Assembly (NCBI GenBank): GCA_017502915.1
Contig: JAFVUB010000009.1
Coordinates: 6,232-70,231 of the forward strand
Reading direction: 5' to 3'
Length of the DNA stretch: 64,000 nt
From: Clostridia bacterium
GTDB taxonomy: Bacteria > Bacillota > Clostridia > Oscillospirales > CAG-272
The notes beneath the pieces were generated by a model. The model saw only the letters and a list, made by a program, of their open reading frames with translations. It was not told where the DNA came from and ran no database searches. Of the stretch, positions 1 to 8,389 are shown piece by piece (within the stretch, counting starts at the first letter, position 1; the number at the start of each line of letters is the position of its first letter). A program made the translations under genes and the position numbers.

Positions 1-720
1 TTGGCTTCCGTAAGCATCATAGACGTCTGCCAATGTCTTGCCCGGGATAATGCACAGATAGCTTTTATAATCTTCGCTATTCGCGCTACTTGCTTCCAGA
101 CAAGGTATTCCTTTTCCATCTGTATATGCCTTAAAATCAATTTCTATATCCTGTCTACCTAAATCCGAAAAACATACGCGATAAATTCTATCTATATCCC
201 ATATCTGGCACTCCACAGGTATTCCATTGTAAGCTTTGGCATCTATTTCGCTTATTCTATTGCTCATGAAGCCATCGGTAAGTAATAGCAATCTGAATTT
301 ACGAATGCGATCTTTATGAAGAACAAGGGATTCGATCAAATCGGCTGCAGGAGTGCTTGGTTCGATCTCTCTCCGTAGCTTCCCCTCATAAACTTCTTCA
401 ACAAAATATAATACTCGGTCAAAAAGTGTTTGAGCATACGTTTTGGTTATTGTTTCTCGATCTTCGTCGCCAGTGTAATCTGCTATAATCAGATTGAATG
501 TTAGGTCAAATTCATCCAGTACGTAACCATCCACACGTATTTTCCTGCTGTTCTTACCAGTCCCTATATAGAACGCCGGGGTGAAATCTGACAACACTTC
601 GGCATTAATTAAATAGCTTGTTGCAATATTTACAAAAGCGGCATTTGAACCAGAGCCTTCTGTTGCTGCTGTTGCTTTTATTTCTTCCAAAAAATCTTTG
701 TGAAAATCACGTACGTCCAT
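1..720 (-). CDS. AIPR-family (abortive-infection phage-resistance) protein, N-terminal 240 codons; the ORF runs off the left edge
   Basis: Absent from the ORF track because there is no in-window stop. My reverse-complement translation from the ATG at 720-718 stays open for all 240 codons: MDVRDFHKDFLEEIKATAATEGSGSNAAFVNIATSYLINAEVLSDF...CQIWDIDRIYRVCFSDLGRQDIEIDFKAY...YKSYLCIIPGKTLADVYDAYGSQ. The IWDIxRIY, IEIDF and YLxIIPGxxLAxxYxxYG pattern matches what I remember of AIPR N-termini. The gene starts 9 nt after the upstream gene's stop. Confidence 0.6.
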   Translation of the reverse strand, partial: MDVRDFHKDFLEEIKATAATEGSGSNAAFVNIATSYLINAEVLSDFTPAFYIGTGKNSRKIRVDGYVLDEFDLTFNLIIADYTGDEDRETITKTYAQTLFDRVLYFVEEVYEGKLRREIEPSTPAADLIESLVLHKDRIRKFRLLLLTDGFMSNRISEIDAKAYNGIPVECQIWDIDRIYRVCFSDLGRQDIEIDFKAYTDGKGIPCLEASSANSEDYKSYLCIIPGKTLADVYDAYGSQ

Positions 721-729
721 TTTATCTCC

Positions 730-1656
730 TTAAATTTTAAAACGGTCAATCGTTAAAAGATCTAATTCGTATTTTGCGTTATGTACTTCGGGAGGAACAT
801 TACCTCTGGTCAACTTAGGGAATCCATCCTTTACACTGTACACTCTTTTTTCCGAAATCCTGTATCTCATTTCTTTATAGCGTTCACTATCCTTTAAATA
901 GTATCCACACATGGCTAATTTACAAAGGAATAAATCTGTTGCACCAATGGGTAACAGTTTTTTTACGTCGTCAACAACTTCCGGAAGAGATAGTGTTTGT
1001 ACTCCATTTGAAGTAGTCTTGTCCATAAAATAGACAACAAGATGACCGTTATCATTTCTGTCGAGTTGTTGTAACGAAGAAATTACAACAGTAGTTGAAG
1101 CTATTGTTGTCGCCTTAATTTCATTCCAGCTATTTTCGCAGATAAAATCCTGATCGCTACCCTCGGGGCCAACCCACGAATTTAAAGCCTTTATAGAACC
1201 TTCAGAAACCATCAATTCTTTAAGAAATAATAATTCTCCAATAAGTCCTTTTTGTGCCGAAGGTGAAAGCAATCCCTCACCTCTTTTTTGAAGCAAACGC
1301 ATCCAACTATTAAAGCGTGACAATATTGTTGCAATCGGATCCAGATTGTTTTGAGAACAATCTATTAAATCCCAACATAGCTTGACAAAAAGTTCATTTA
1401 ATGAAGGATAGTTTAACAAAAAACGAAGCGCGTATTTGCCGTTATCCATCTCCACGCAACTGGAATTTATTGCTTTAGAAGAAGCAGTTTTTTCCACCTT
1501 TCCGGTATCCAAAACCATGAAACACATTTGCTCGCCATAATATCCAATGTGAAAAGACAATGGATGATCTCCTGAAACTAGTAAGAATCCTCCGGTATTT
1601 GGCGATATACTATCCCATTTTCTCTGCAGTTCATTTATTGTCATATTCGTCATCAT
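730..1656 (-). CDS. PD-(D/E)XK motif nuclease-like protein
   Basis: 308 aa ORF. Candidate catalytic core is GPEGSDQDFICENSWNEIKATT (D ... E-x-K). It overlaps the upstream Z1 gene by 26 nt, suggesting translational coupling. Confidence 0.6.
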   Translation of the reverse strand: MMTNMTINELQRKWDSISPNTGGFLLVSGDHPLSFHIGYYGEQMCFMVLDTGKVEKTASSKAINSSCVEMDNGKYALRFLLNYPSLNELFVKLCWDLIDCSQNNLDPIATILSRFNSWMRLLQKRGEGLLSPSAQKGLIGELLFLKELMVSEGSIKALNSWVGPEGSDQDFICENSWNEIKATTIASTTVVISSLQQLDRNDNGHLVVYFMDKTTSNGVQTLSLPEVVDDVKKLLPIGATDLFLCKLAMCGYYLKDSERYKEMRYRISEKRVYSVKDGFPKLTRGNVPPEVHNAKYELDLLTIDRFKI

Positions 1657-4444
1657 CCTCGTCTGTGATGTCTACCCAGTTCTTTAATTCATTGACATTA
1701 ACCATATAATTTGCTTTTCTTTCAAGTCCGTCTTTCGGGAATCCCAGACCAAGCGCAAACAAGATATCGGGGTCCTCCGGCGTACGCGTACCTGTCGTAT
1801 TCTTAAGGATATGTATAAGTGCCAGTGGTCGACGATCTTTAATCAAGTACGTCCGATCGTTAATTTTTTCATTGTTTGCTTTGCTTTTTGCACGCAAATC
1901 ATCGATTGTATCTTTAGACAATCCAATTTTTGAGCAACCACCCGTACCAACTCGAACGTGATGTCCGTTGACTCGTATAAGATTTGTAATCGTCTTGTCC
2001 CACTCCAACTGTCTACCTTCCGGTTTTATAGACAAAACACGATCTATTAAATCAACATCTACTTCCGATTCCTCTGAGCCCTGTGGTATAGCGACATCCC
2101 AAAAATCAAGAACCTTTTCGTCTTCAGAAATATAATCCGCTAACGCAATTGGTTGGAAATTCAAGTTCCATGGATGCGTTGAGAATCCACGAACTAAATC
2201 TATAATTGCTTTTTTAGGTACACCTTTCCAAATATGAGCCTTTGTATTAACATCATACTCGTAATGTATACCCTCATCTGCCGAAAGACCTTGAATAAAT
2301 GAACGACACAAATCTTCGTTCTGCTTCAACGTTTGCTTATCACCTCTAAGACGAGGTGTTTCAAGCATACGTCCTGAAACAGTTATAGGTCGTGAAACGG
2401 AAGTTGCTGTACGCATCTTGTTTCTTGCAGTTATAAGAAGCGCACCGGGTGCCTGACGTACTTTTAATCCAAATTCCTCGGGTGTTTGGTTTTGGCGTTT
2501 CATTTTGCGCAATTCGTCTTTCAATTCGTTTACTGCATCGGTTATATATCCATACCAGTCAATTGCTTCCTCGCCCATCCAAACCTTGAACAAATCATCA
2601 TAATTAGGACGATATCCAAACCATCTGCCCATCTGCAAAAGAGTATCATACATCATCGTATTACGATAAAAATAGCTAACGCACAACCCTTCTAGAGTCA
2701 GACCTCTAGACAAACTATTTCCACCAACTGCAATAACACGCATACCAATGTTTTTATACTCGTAATAATTGAGAGAAGATGCTCCGTGTTGCTGGTTAAC
2801 TGAACGTACTTCTATACGCTTCGCTGCCTTGTACAAGTATTCTTCAAGAAGAACGTGCCATTCAACCCCTGCGAGATCTTCAAGTTCATATTTCTCCCAT
2901 ACTTCATGAAGCATAGAAATACTGGTTATTTTCATTGCTTTTTCCAGAGGCAAAGAAGAATAGTTTTCCAAGTCTGCTTTTATTTGATCTAAAAATTCAT
3001 CTATCAAATCAGCAGTTCTATTTTGAACTAATGTGAACCTGCTGACGTTTACCAACATAGATCTATGCTCAGTCGTATCTTTTCTATAATCGCAAATAGC
3101 TGTCGCAAGTACAAAATAGCGAATCGCTTCTTTCATGCTATATGGAATATCATATAATTCGTCGGCTAAATCTTTTTTATGTTTGAATACAAAGAAATCG
3201 TCCTGTTCGTCATTATAAATCGGTATTATCGCTTTGCCATAAACACCTTCGCATCGTGTGACGGCGTTTCCATTCTCCCAGTTATCGGCGTCGCCATTAC
3301 CAAAGATTTTATCTGCGCCAATGTATAACTCTGGTGTAGGCAATACCGTCAAAAAGTCTTTAGGGAACAGATTTTTGGTTGCTTCATCAGTTTCCGATTC
3401 CGGATTAATAAAAATATTAGCAAAAGGCGTTGCTGTAATACCTAAATATGAAGCCTGCCTAAAGCAATTCAATATATCCCTAATTGCTTTATTAATAGCT
3501 GTGGGATCTCTTTCTTCGGAATTGGTATTCACAGAAGCATTATCAGCCTCATCATCTATGAGCAGAAGAGGCAGATCTATTAGACCGTTTTCATAATCTG
3601 CGTTATTTTCCATTAACCATTTGTAGAGATTGTTAAGAACACTTTTGTTCTTTTTTACAACGAACAAAGCCGTTCCATTTAACGTCCTCAAACTAAGCCC
3701 TAACGCACGAAGCGTAGTCTTGTTGAAATCAGTTGCAACAGATGTAAAACACGCAATTCGTTTATCGGGATTGCTTGGAGGTATTTTGCCAACACCTACA
3801 GGTTTATTCTTTATCTCGTGATCCGCTTTCTTGTCGAGAGTATATTTACTCTCTACTCCCACAAACTCCGCATCCAGACGTTCTTGAGTCTGAACTCGAA
3901 GGTTTTCCATCATACCCGCAAGAACAATAATAACACGATATCCCGCATCCGAAGCTTTGTTACAAATAGCAGTATATGTTGCAGTTTTTCCCGACTGAAC
4001 ATCTCCAAGAAGCAAACCTCTTCGTTGGAACGGACGTTTGTGATCTTTGGGATTTCCCAAATCATCCATTACATCGCTCGATGTTTTATTCAAACGATTA
4101 ACAACATCAACGCCCCAATGTTTTACAACCTTAAGGTAGGTTTTGTATCTTTCCCAATAAAAACCATCATTCTCTTGAACGTGATACCAAGACTGATGCT
4201 CAACATCTCTGCCACGCAACGTAACAGCAAAACCAATAGTATGCAAAATGTTTGTGGCTAACGTTTTCTTAATCTGTACAAAATCATCATCGCTGACGGG
4301 ATACAATACATTGAAAGCTTTGCGTATAACCTCGGCTTCTTCATTAATTTGCTCCAACGTAGGTAAAGAATCCCCATATTTTCTATTAATTGTTGCAGTT
4401 ACCGTATCAACAATATAATGCATATTTTCAGTCATTGAATTCAC
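1631..4444 (-). CDS. Z1-domain protein (SF2 helicase/ATPase-like)
   Basis: 937 aa. Motifs seen: Walker A GDVQSGKT, Walker B LLIDDEADNAS, motif III GITATP and a motif VI-like LQMGRWFGYR. This architecture is typical of Z1-domain proteins. It overlaps the upstream GHKL gene by 17 nt. Confidence 0.75.
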   Translation of the reverse strand: MNSMTENMHYIVDTVTATINRKYGDSLPTLEQINEEAEVIRKAFNVLYPVSDDDFVQIKKTLATNILHTIGFAVTLRGRDVEHQSWYHVQENDGFYWERYKTYLKVVKHWGVDVVNRLNKTSSDVMDDLGNPKDHKRPFQRRGLLLGDVQSGKTATYTAICNKASDAGYRVIIVLAGMMENLRVQTQERLDAEFVGVESKYTLDKKADHEIKNKPVGVGKIPPSNPDKRIACFTSVATDFNKTTLRALGLSLRTLNGTALFVVKKNKSVLNNLYKWLMENNADYENGLIDLPLLLIDDEADNASVNTNSEERDPTAINKAIRDILNCFRQASYLGITATPFANIFINPESETDEATKNLFPKDFLTVLPTPELYIGADKIFGNGDADNWENGNAVTRCEGVYGKAIIPIYNDEQDDFFVFKHKKDLADELYDIPYSMKEAIRYFVLATAICDYRKDTTEHRSMLVNVSRFTLVQNRTADLIDEFLDQIKADLENYSSLPLEKAMKITSISMLHEVWEKYELEDLAGVEWHVLLEEYLYKAAKRIEVRSVNQQHGASSLNYYEYKNIGMRVIAVGGNSLSRGLTLEGLCVSYFYRNTMMYDTLLQMGRWFGYRPNYDDLFKVWMGEEAIDWYGYITDAVNELKDELRKMKRQNQTPEEFGLKVRQAPGALLITARNKMRTATSVSRPITVSGRMLETPRLRGDKQTLKQNEDLCRSFIQGLSADEGIHYEYDVNTKAHIWKGVPKKAIIDLVRGFSTHPWNLNFQPIALADYISEDEKVLDFWDVAIPQGSEESEVDVDLIDRVLSIKPEGRQLEWDKTITNLIRVNGHHVRVGTGGCSKIGLSKDTIDDLRAKSKANNEKINDRTYLIKDRRPLALIHILKNTTGTRTPEDPDILFALGLGFPKDGLERKANYMVNVNELKNWVDITDEDDDEYDNK

Positions 4445-5894
4445 CCTTTTCTTTCGCGTGGTCTATTTCTTCACTATACGCACAGAATGGCTCAGCTAGT
4501 TTTAGCGCTTCTATAGTAGAGTAGCGCTCTTCAATGCTCGCCTGTTGCATCACTATAGTTTTTACAAGTTCAATTATTTCTTTTGAAGCCATATCACTAT
4601 CATTTGCCAGTTTTTCGTCATTAGTTAAATCAATATAAAGAGAGTTCAAAGGCAAAGACATGCTTATCTGCTTCAAGAGAACATCAAGTTTCGAACGTAT
4701 ACCTGGATATTCTTGAACAATATCTTCTATCATAGGATAATCCGGATTGATTTCATAAAAAATACCACCGTCACGAGAAACCATTCTGTTCCACATATGA
4801 ATAACGTCATCTCTCGTTTCTTTTTTTCCGCGGTATGTCCAAGTCCGTTTGCTACCTTCAGAAATTTTTTCAATGATTACACCTAGATTTTGCTTTACAT
4901 CCTCTGGAGGTGTTGCTGTTGATTTTTTAATATCTAGCGTCCATAAATCATCAAGCGAGTTAGGTATATCAACTTGCACTCGAGCTAATTTCGACAAATC
5001 TCCCTGGCGCATCAAACGAAACCATGTGCCCCAAACCAGAAGTCGCTTATTTCTATACACATAAAACCCTTGTTGCTTCCTTAATCCTTCTTTTCCACCC
5101 AGATCCTTAAGTTCTTTTTGAGTCAACTTAGAAACATGTGGCAAAATATAAGGCTTAACTTTTACCTTTGCACCTCTAACAACAATTGTTTCTTCATCCA
5201 TAAGTTGCGTGCTTTTTTTAATCAAAAACGGATCTTGTGGAACGATGCTCATATCATTCATACGAATATCCAACTTTTTTAACCCAGTTTCACCGCTTAA
5301 ATAACGATGAAACACCAAGGAAAGATGTTCTCGTATCAAAGACATTTTCCTTGTGAAAGCTTCAGCTATATCATTTTCTCCAACCGCGAATTTATCCAAC
5401 TCTTGCCAAATAACCAACGTTCCATTTTCTAAAGACGTTAATTTGGAATAACTAGGGTAACTATTGAAATCCGAATTTTCAAGAATGATAAGAGACCACG
5501 ACTCTGCATGCTTCACGTGATCCAGATTCCATTGAGCACCCGAAACTCGACCGTTTTGCTTCGTAATCACGGTTAAAACTCTACATTGAGACAAAGATGC
5601 AGTCTTCATTCCAAGTCCGTATCTACCCAAATCATCTTCATCTCTTTCATCCAATGGATCTCTGCTGCCATACTGCATGGCGGCTATAAGTTTTTCTTCA
5701 GTCATGCCATGTCCATCGTCAAGTATCGATATATAAGACTCGCCTATCGGAAAGAAATCAATATCTACTCGTCCTGCTTTTGCAGCTACACTATTATCAA
5801 CAATATCAGCAATCGCAGCTTCTATGGAGTAGCCAATAGCACGAGTGGATTCCATAAGAGTCGGCGCATACGGGGGCATATCTTGGCATCTCAT
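4428..5894 (-). CDS. GHKL-superfamily ATPase (HATPase_c_3, MutL/MORC-like)
   Basis: 488 aa. Bergerat-fold motifs: IADIVDNSVAA (N box), LDDGHGM (DxGxG) and GRYGLGMKTAS (G2 box). An AAGGAGA RBS sits 7 nt upstream of the ATG at 5894. Confidence 0.75.
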   Translation of the reverse strand: MRCQDMPPYAPTLMESTRAIGYSIEAAIADIVDNSVAAKAGRVDIDFFPIGESYISILDDGHGMTEEKLIAAMQYGSRDPLDERDEDDLGRYGLGMKTASLSQCRVLTVITKQNGRVSGAQWNLDHVKHAESWSLIILENSDFNSYPSYSKLTSLENGTLVIWQELDKFAVGENDIAEAFTRKMSLIREHLSLVFHRYLSGETGLKKLDIRMNDMSIVPQDPFLIKKSTQLMDEETIVVRGAKVKVKPYILPHVSKLTQKELKDLGGKEGLRKQQGFYVYRNKRLLVWGTWFRLMRQGDLSKLARVQVDIPNSLDDLWTLDIKKSTATPPEDVKQNLGVIIEKISEGSKRTWTYRGKKETRDDVIHMWNRMVSRDGGIFYEINPDYPMIEDIVQEYPGIRSKLDVLLKQISMSLPLNSLYIDLTNDEKLANDSDMASKEIIELVKTIVMQQASIEERYSTIEALKLAEPFCAYSEEIDHAKEKGEFND

Positions 5895-5916
5895 ATATTT
5901 TCTCCTTAACTATAAA

Positions 5917-6129
5917 TCAGTATTTGTTAGGAACAATCTCTACAATGTCATCCATCGTACATTCAAGTGCAGTGCATATTTTCACGAGCACATCACTCGA
6001 TATAGTCGCACCATCTTTCTTCATCTTAGCGATGGTCGCAGGACTAACACCCGCCTTGGCAGCAAGTTCCTTGCTCTTCATTTCGCGATCAATAAGCAAT
6101 TTAAAAAGTTTCTTATAGCTGGCAGCCAT
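5917..6129 (-). CDS. XRE/Cro-C1-type helix-turn-helix transcriptional regulator
   Basis: 70 aa. The sequence MKSKELAAKAGVSPATIAKMKKDGATISSDVLVKICTALECTMDDIVE is a typical HTH_3-like pattern. Its stop is 22 nt upstream of the GHKL ATG on the same strand. Confidence 0.8.
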   Translation of the reverse strand: MAASYKKLFKLLIDREMKSKELAAKAGVSPATIAKMKKDGATISSDVLVKICTALECTMDDIVEIVPNKY

Positions 6130-6168
6130 ATTTCACCTCATAAAAATAAAAGTTTTTATACATATACT

Positions 6169-6197
6169 ATTTTACTACTTTAATCGACAAATTGCAA
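6169..6197 (-). promoter_or_regulatory. Putative sigma-A promoter of the xre-GHKL-Z1-PD(D/E)XK-AIPR operon
   Basis: On the minus strand I read TTGCAA (6197-6192), a 17 nt spacer and TAAAAT (6174-6169), about 40 nt upstream of the xre ATG. Confidence 0.45.
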
Positions 6198-6325
6198 GAG
6201 TTTTTGCAGAACAAATTACACGATCGCTAAATTTCTTATACTTGCGTAAATTGTGGCGTTCCTATCAATGATATAGGAACTAATATATCCGTTCCGATGG
6301 AAATGATTGAAGCAAAAACCTCTCT

Positions 6326-6363
6326 TCTTTGTTTAGTGCTGATCAAATTTTTCTCCATTAGGC
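6326..6363 (+). repeat. Imperfect direct repeat, copy A (tctttgtttagtgctgatcaaatttttctccattaggc)
   Basis: Hand alignment to 8037-8073. The first 17 nt are identical. Overall there are about 4 substitutions and 1 indel. Confidence 0.7.
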
Positions 6364-6555
6364 AGGGGCGTTGCTTTTGTATTTCGAGACTGATATTTGT
6401 GTTATGTGTAATGGCAGTATCGGCTTCATTTTAAATTGGTAATTTATATGTTCCTTTTTCTACTTTCATTTGTTATTGATAACCCAAATTAACATAAGTG
6501 TATTTTAAATGTCGAAATTTGTTTGAAAAGTGTATCATTTTTATAATAATAACTA

Positions 6556-6584
6556 TTGAAAAGTGTAAAAATATGTGTTATAAT
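6556..6584 (+). promoter_or_regulatory. Near-consensus extended -10 sigma-A promoter for the AAA+ ATPase gene
   Basis: TTGAAA (6556-6561), a 17 nt spacer, TG at 6576-6577 and TATAAT (6579-6584). A GGAGGAG RBS precedes the ATG at 6619. Confidence 0.6.
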
Positions 6585-6618
6585 ATTATTGAAAACTGTA
6601 TTATTGGAGGAGAAATCT

Positions 6619-7971
6619 ATGCTTTTTAGAAAAATCGAAAGGTTCATCAGAGAATATTTGACTTCAGACAGCAACAAAATCTTAGTGATTGACGGTGCAC
6701 GCCAGATTGGTAAATCATATATCATCCGCGAAGTTGGAAAAGATCTTTACAAAGAAAACTACATTGAAATAAACTTCGTCGAAGATAAGCAGGGGCCTCA
6801 GCTTTTTAAAAACATAAACACTATTGAAGATTTTTACTTCACGCTTAGCACTATCGCTGGCGAAAAAATGAAAGGCAAAGAAAACACCTTAGTATTTATC
6901 GATGAGATTCAAGTATATCCTCAGTTTATCACTCTGCTGAAATTTTTAAAACAAGATAATAAATATACGTATATTGCATCTGGTTCTCTCTTGGGAGTTA
7001 CTCTCTCCAACATAGGATCTATTCCTATTGGATCAATGGAAATCAAGAGAATGTATCAGCTTGATTTCGAAGAGTTTTTGATTGCCAACGGATTTTCACA
7101 AGAAGCAATCAAAATTCTTGAAAACAAATTTTTAGCAAGAGAAACTCTTGACGAAGCAATGCACGACAAGTTGCTGGATTTGTTTAAGAAATATTTAATT
7201 GTCGGCGGACTTCCTGATGCCGTAAATGAATTTTTAAAAACAAGAAACGTTGTTGCTATACGCAAAATCCAAGAAGACATAAAAACATTTTATGGAGAGG
7301 ATGCGTCTCAATACGATATTGAGAACAAATTAAAAATCAAGCGTATATACGATTATATTCCATCGGTTATGCAGAACACCAAAAAACGCATCGTGGCAAA
7401 AGATATAGAAGGCATCGTCGGAAAACGCTTTGCGAACTATGTTAATGAATTTGACTACTTGATTTCTTCCGGGATAGCACTCGAGGTTAAAGCTATTTCC
7501 AATCCCGTTTTTCCTTTAATTCAATCAGCAGATAAAAACCTTCTCAAACTTTATATGAACGACGTAGGTTTGCTCTCCGGTATTTTGTATAACAATAACG
7601 CAAAACCGATTCTTGAAGACGTGCGATCAGTTAACCTTGGCGCTCTTTACGAAACAGCAGTGGCAGGCCAGCTTAAAGCTCTCGACCATAAACTCTTTTA
7701 TTACGATAACAGAAATAATGGTGAAGTTGATTTTATGATTGACGATTACGATAATCTTGCGGTTCTTCCCGTAGAAGTAAAAAGCGGAAGAGATTACACC
7801 ACTCACAGTGCGCTGAATCATTTTATCACCAATGATAACTATCCCGTTAAAGCCGGATATGTTTTATCAAATGAAAGAGAAATTAAAACCGTAGGCAAAA
7901 TCACGTACTTCCCTATATATTTCGTAATGTTTCTTAAACCAATATCAAGCGCTGATGAGGTCTTGATATAA
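6619..7971 (+). CDS. AAA+ ATPase with a DUF4143-type C-terminal domain (COG1373-like)
   Basis: Trimmed from track ORF 6556..7971 to the ATG with an RBS (MLFRKIERFIREYL...). Motifs: Walker A GARQIGKS, Walker B LVFIDEIQ, and C-terminal GEVDFMI...PVEVKSG, a PD-(D/E)XK-like D...E-x-K typical of DUF4143. Confidence 0.7.
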   Translation: MLFRKIERFIREYLTSDSNKILVIDGARQIGKSYIIREVGKDLYKENYIEINFVEDKQGPQLFKNINTIEDFYFTLSTIAGEKMKGKENTLVFIDEIQVYPQFITLLKFLKQDNKYTYIASGSLLGVTLSNIGSIPIGSMEIKRMYQLDFEEFLIANGFSQEAIKILENKFLARETLDEAMHDKLLDLFKKYLIVGGLPDAVNEFLKTRNVVAIRKIQEDIKTFYGEDASQYDIENKLKIKRIYDYIPSVMQNTKKRIVAKDIEGIVGKRFANYVNEFDYLISSGIALEVKAISNPVFPLIQSADKNLLKLYMNDVGLLSGILYNNNAKPILEDVRSVNLGALYETAVAGQLKALDHKLFYYDNRNNGEVDFMIDDYDNLAVLPVEVKSGRDYTTHSALNHFITNDNYPVKAGYVLSNEREIKTVGKITYFPIYFVMFLKPISSADEVLI

Positions 7972-8000
7972 AATCATATTTTATGCCTTGAAAAAAAGAA

Positions 8001-8040
8001 AAGCCGATGAAGATTGCTTTGTTCTTCATCGGCTTTTCTT
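8001..8040 (+). terminator. Rho-independent terminator of the AAA+ ATPase gene
   Basis: A 12 bp stem, aagccgatgaag (8001-8012) paired with cttcatcggctt (8024-8035), followed by a T-rich tail. Confidence 0.7.
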
Positions 8041-8073
8041 TGTTTAGTGCTGACCAATTTTTTACCATTAGAC
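8037..8073 (+). repeat. Imperfect direct repeat, copy B (tctttgtttagtgctgaccaattttttaccattagac)
   Basis: Matches copy A at 6326-6363. It lies immediately 3' of the ATPase terminator. Confidence 0.7.
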
Positions 8074-8389
8074 GCCTTTTAAACTATAGTTTTTCTTCTT
8101 CCAAAGGCTATATGTTTTTCGAAAGAAAGCAGAAAAACACCTTTGCAAAACCGCTCTAAATGTTTACATAAAGGAACACATCTTTTGCCTGTAATAATGT
8201 TGTTTTTTCTCAAAACAACTAATCTACATTTTTCCTCTATACCTCTATTTTTGACACCAACGAATTCCGGAACATACGGAAACAACGGAAAATTTACTAC
8301 AAAACAGCACATTTTACTGGAAAATATGGAAAATTTGCAACGCAAAGTTTACAAAATACGCTTATCGGTCCGTTGGGGTGGTAGAGGCC

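Noticed and set aside
5845-6183. Plus-strand ORFs 5845..6183, 5924..6118 and 5586..5909 overlapping the xre gene and the GHKL 5' end. The same applies to plus-strand ORFs inside the Z1 gene (2486..2695, 3258..3596, 3630..3821, 3818..4261).
   Set aside because: They are antisense to genes with clear motifs, and their AT-rich translations are rich in I, F, L, N and S. No start signals are present.
6489-6725. A 78 aa minus-strand ORF across the ATPase promoter and 5' end.
   Set aside because: It overlaps a strong promoter, RBS and start on the other strand. It is an AT-rich, low-complexity translation.
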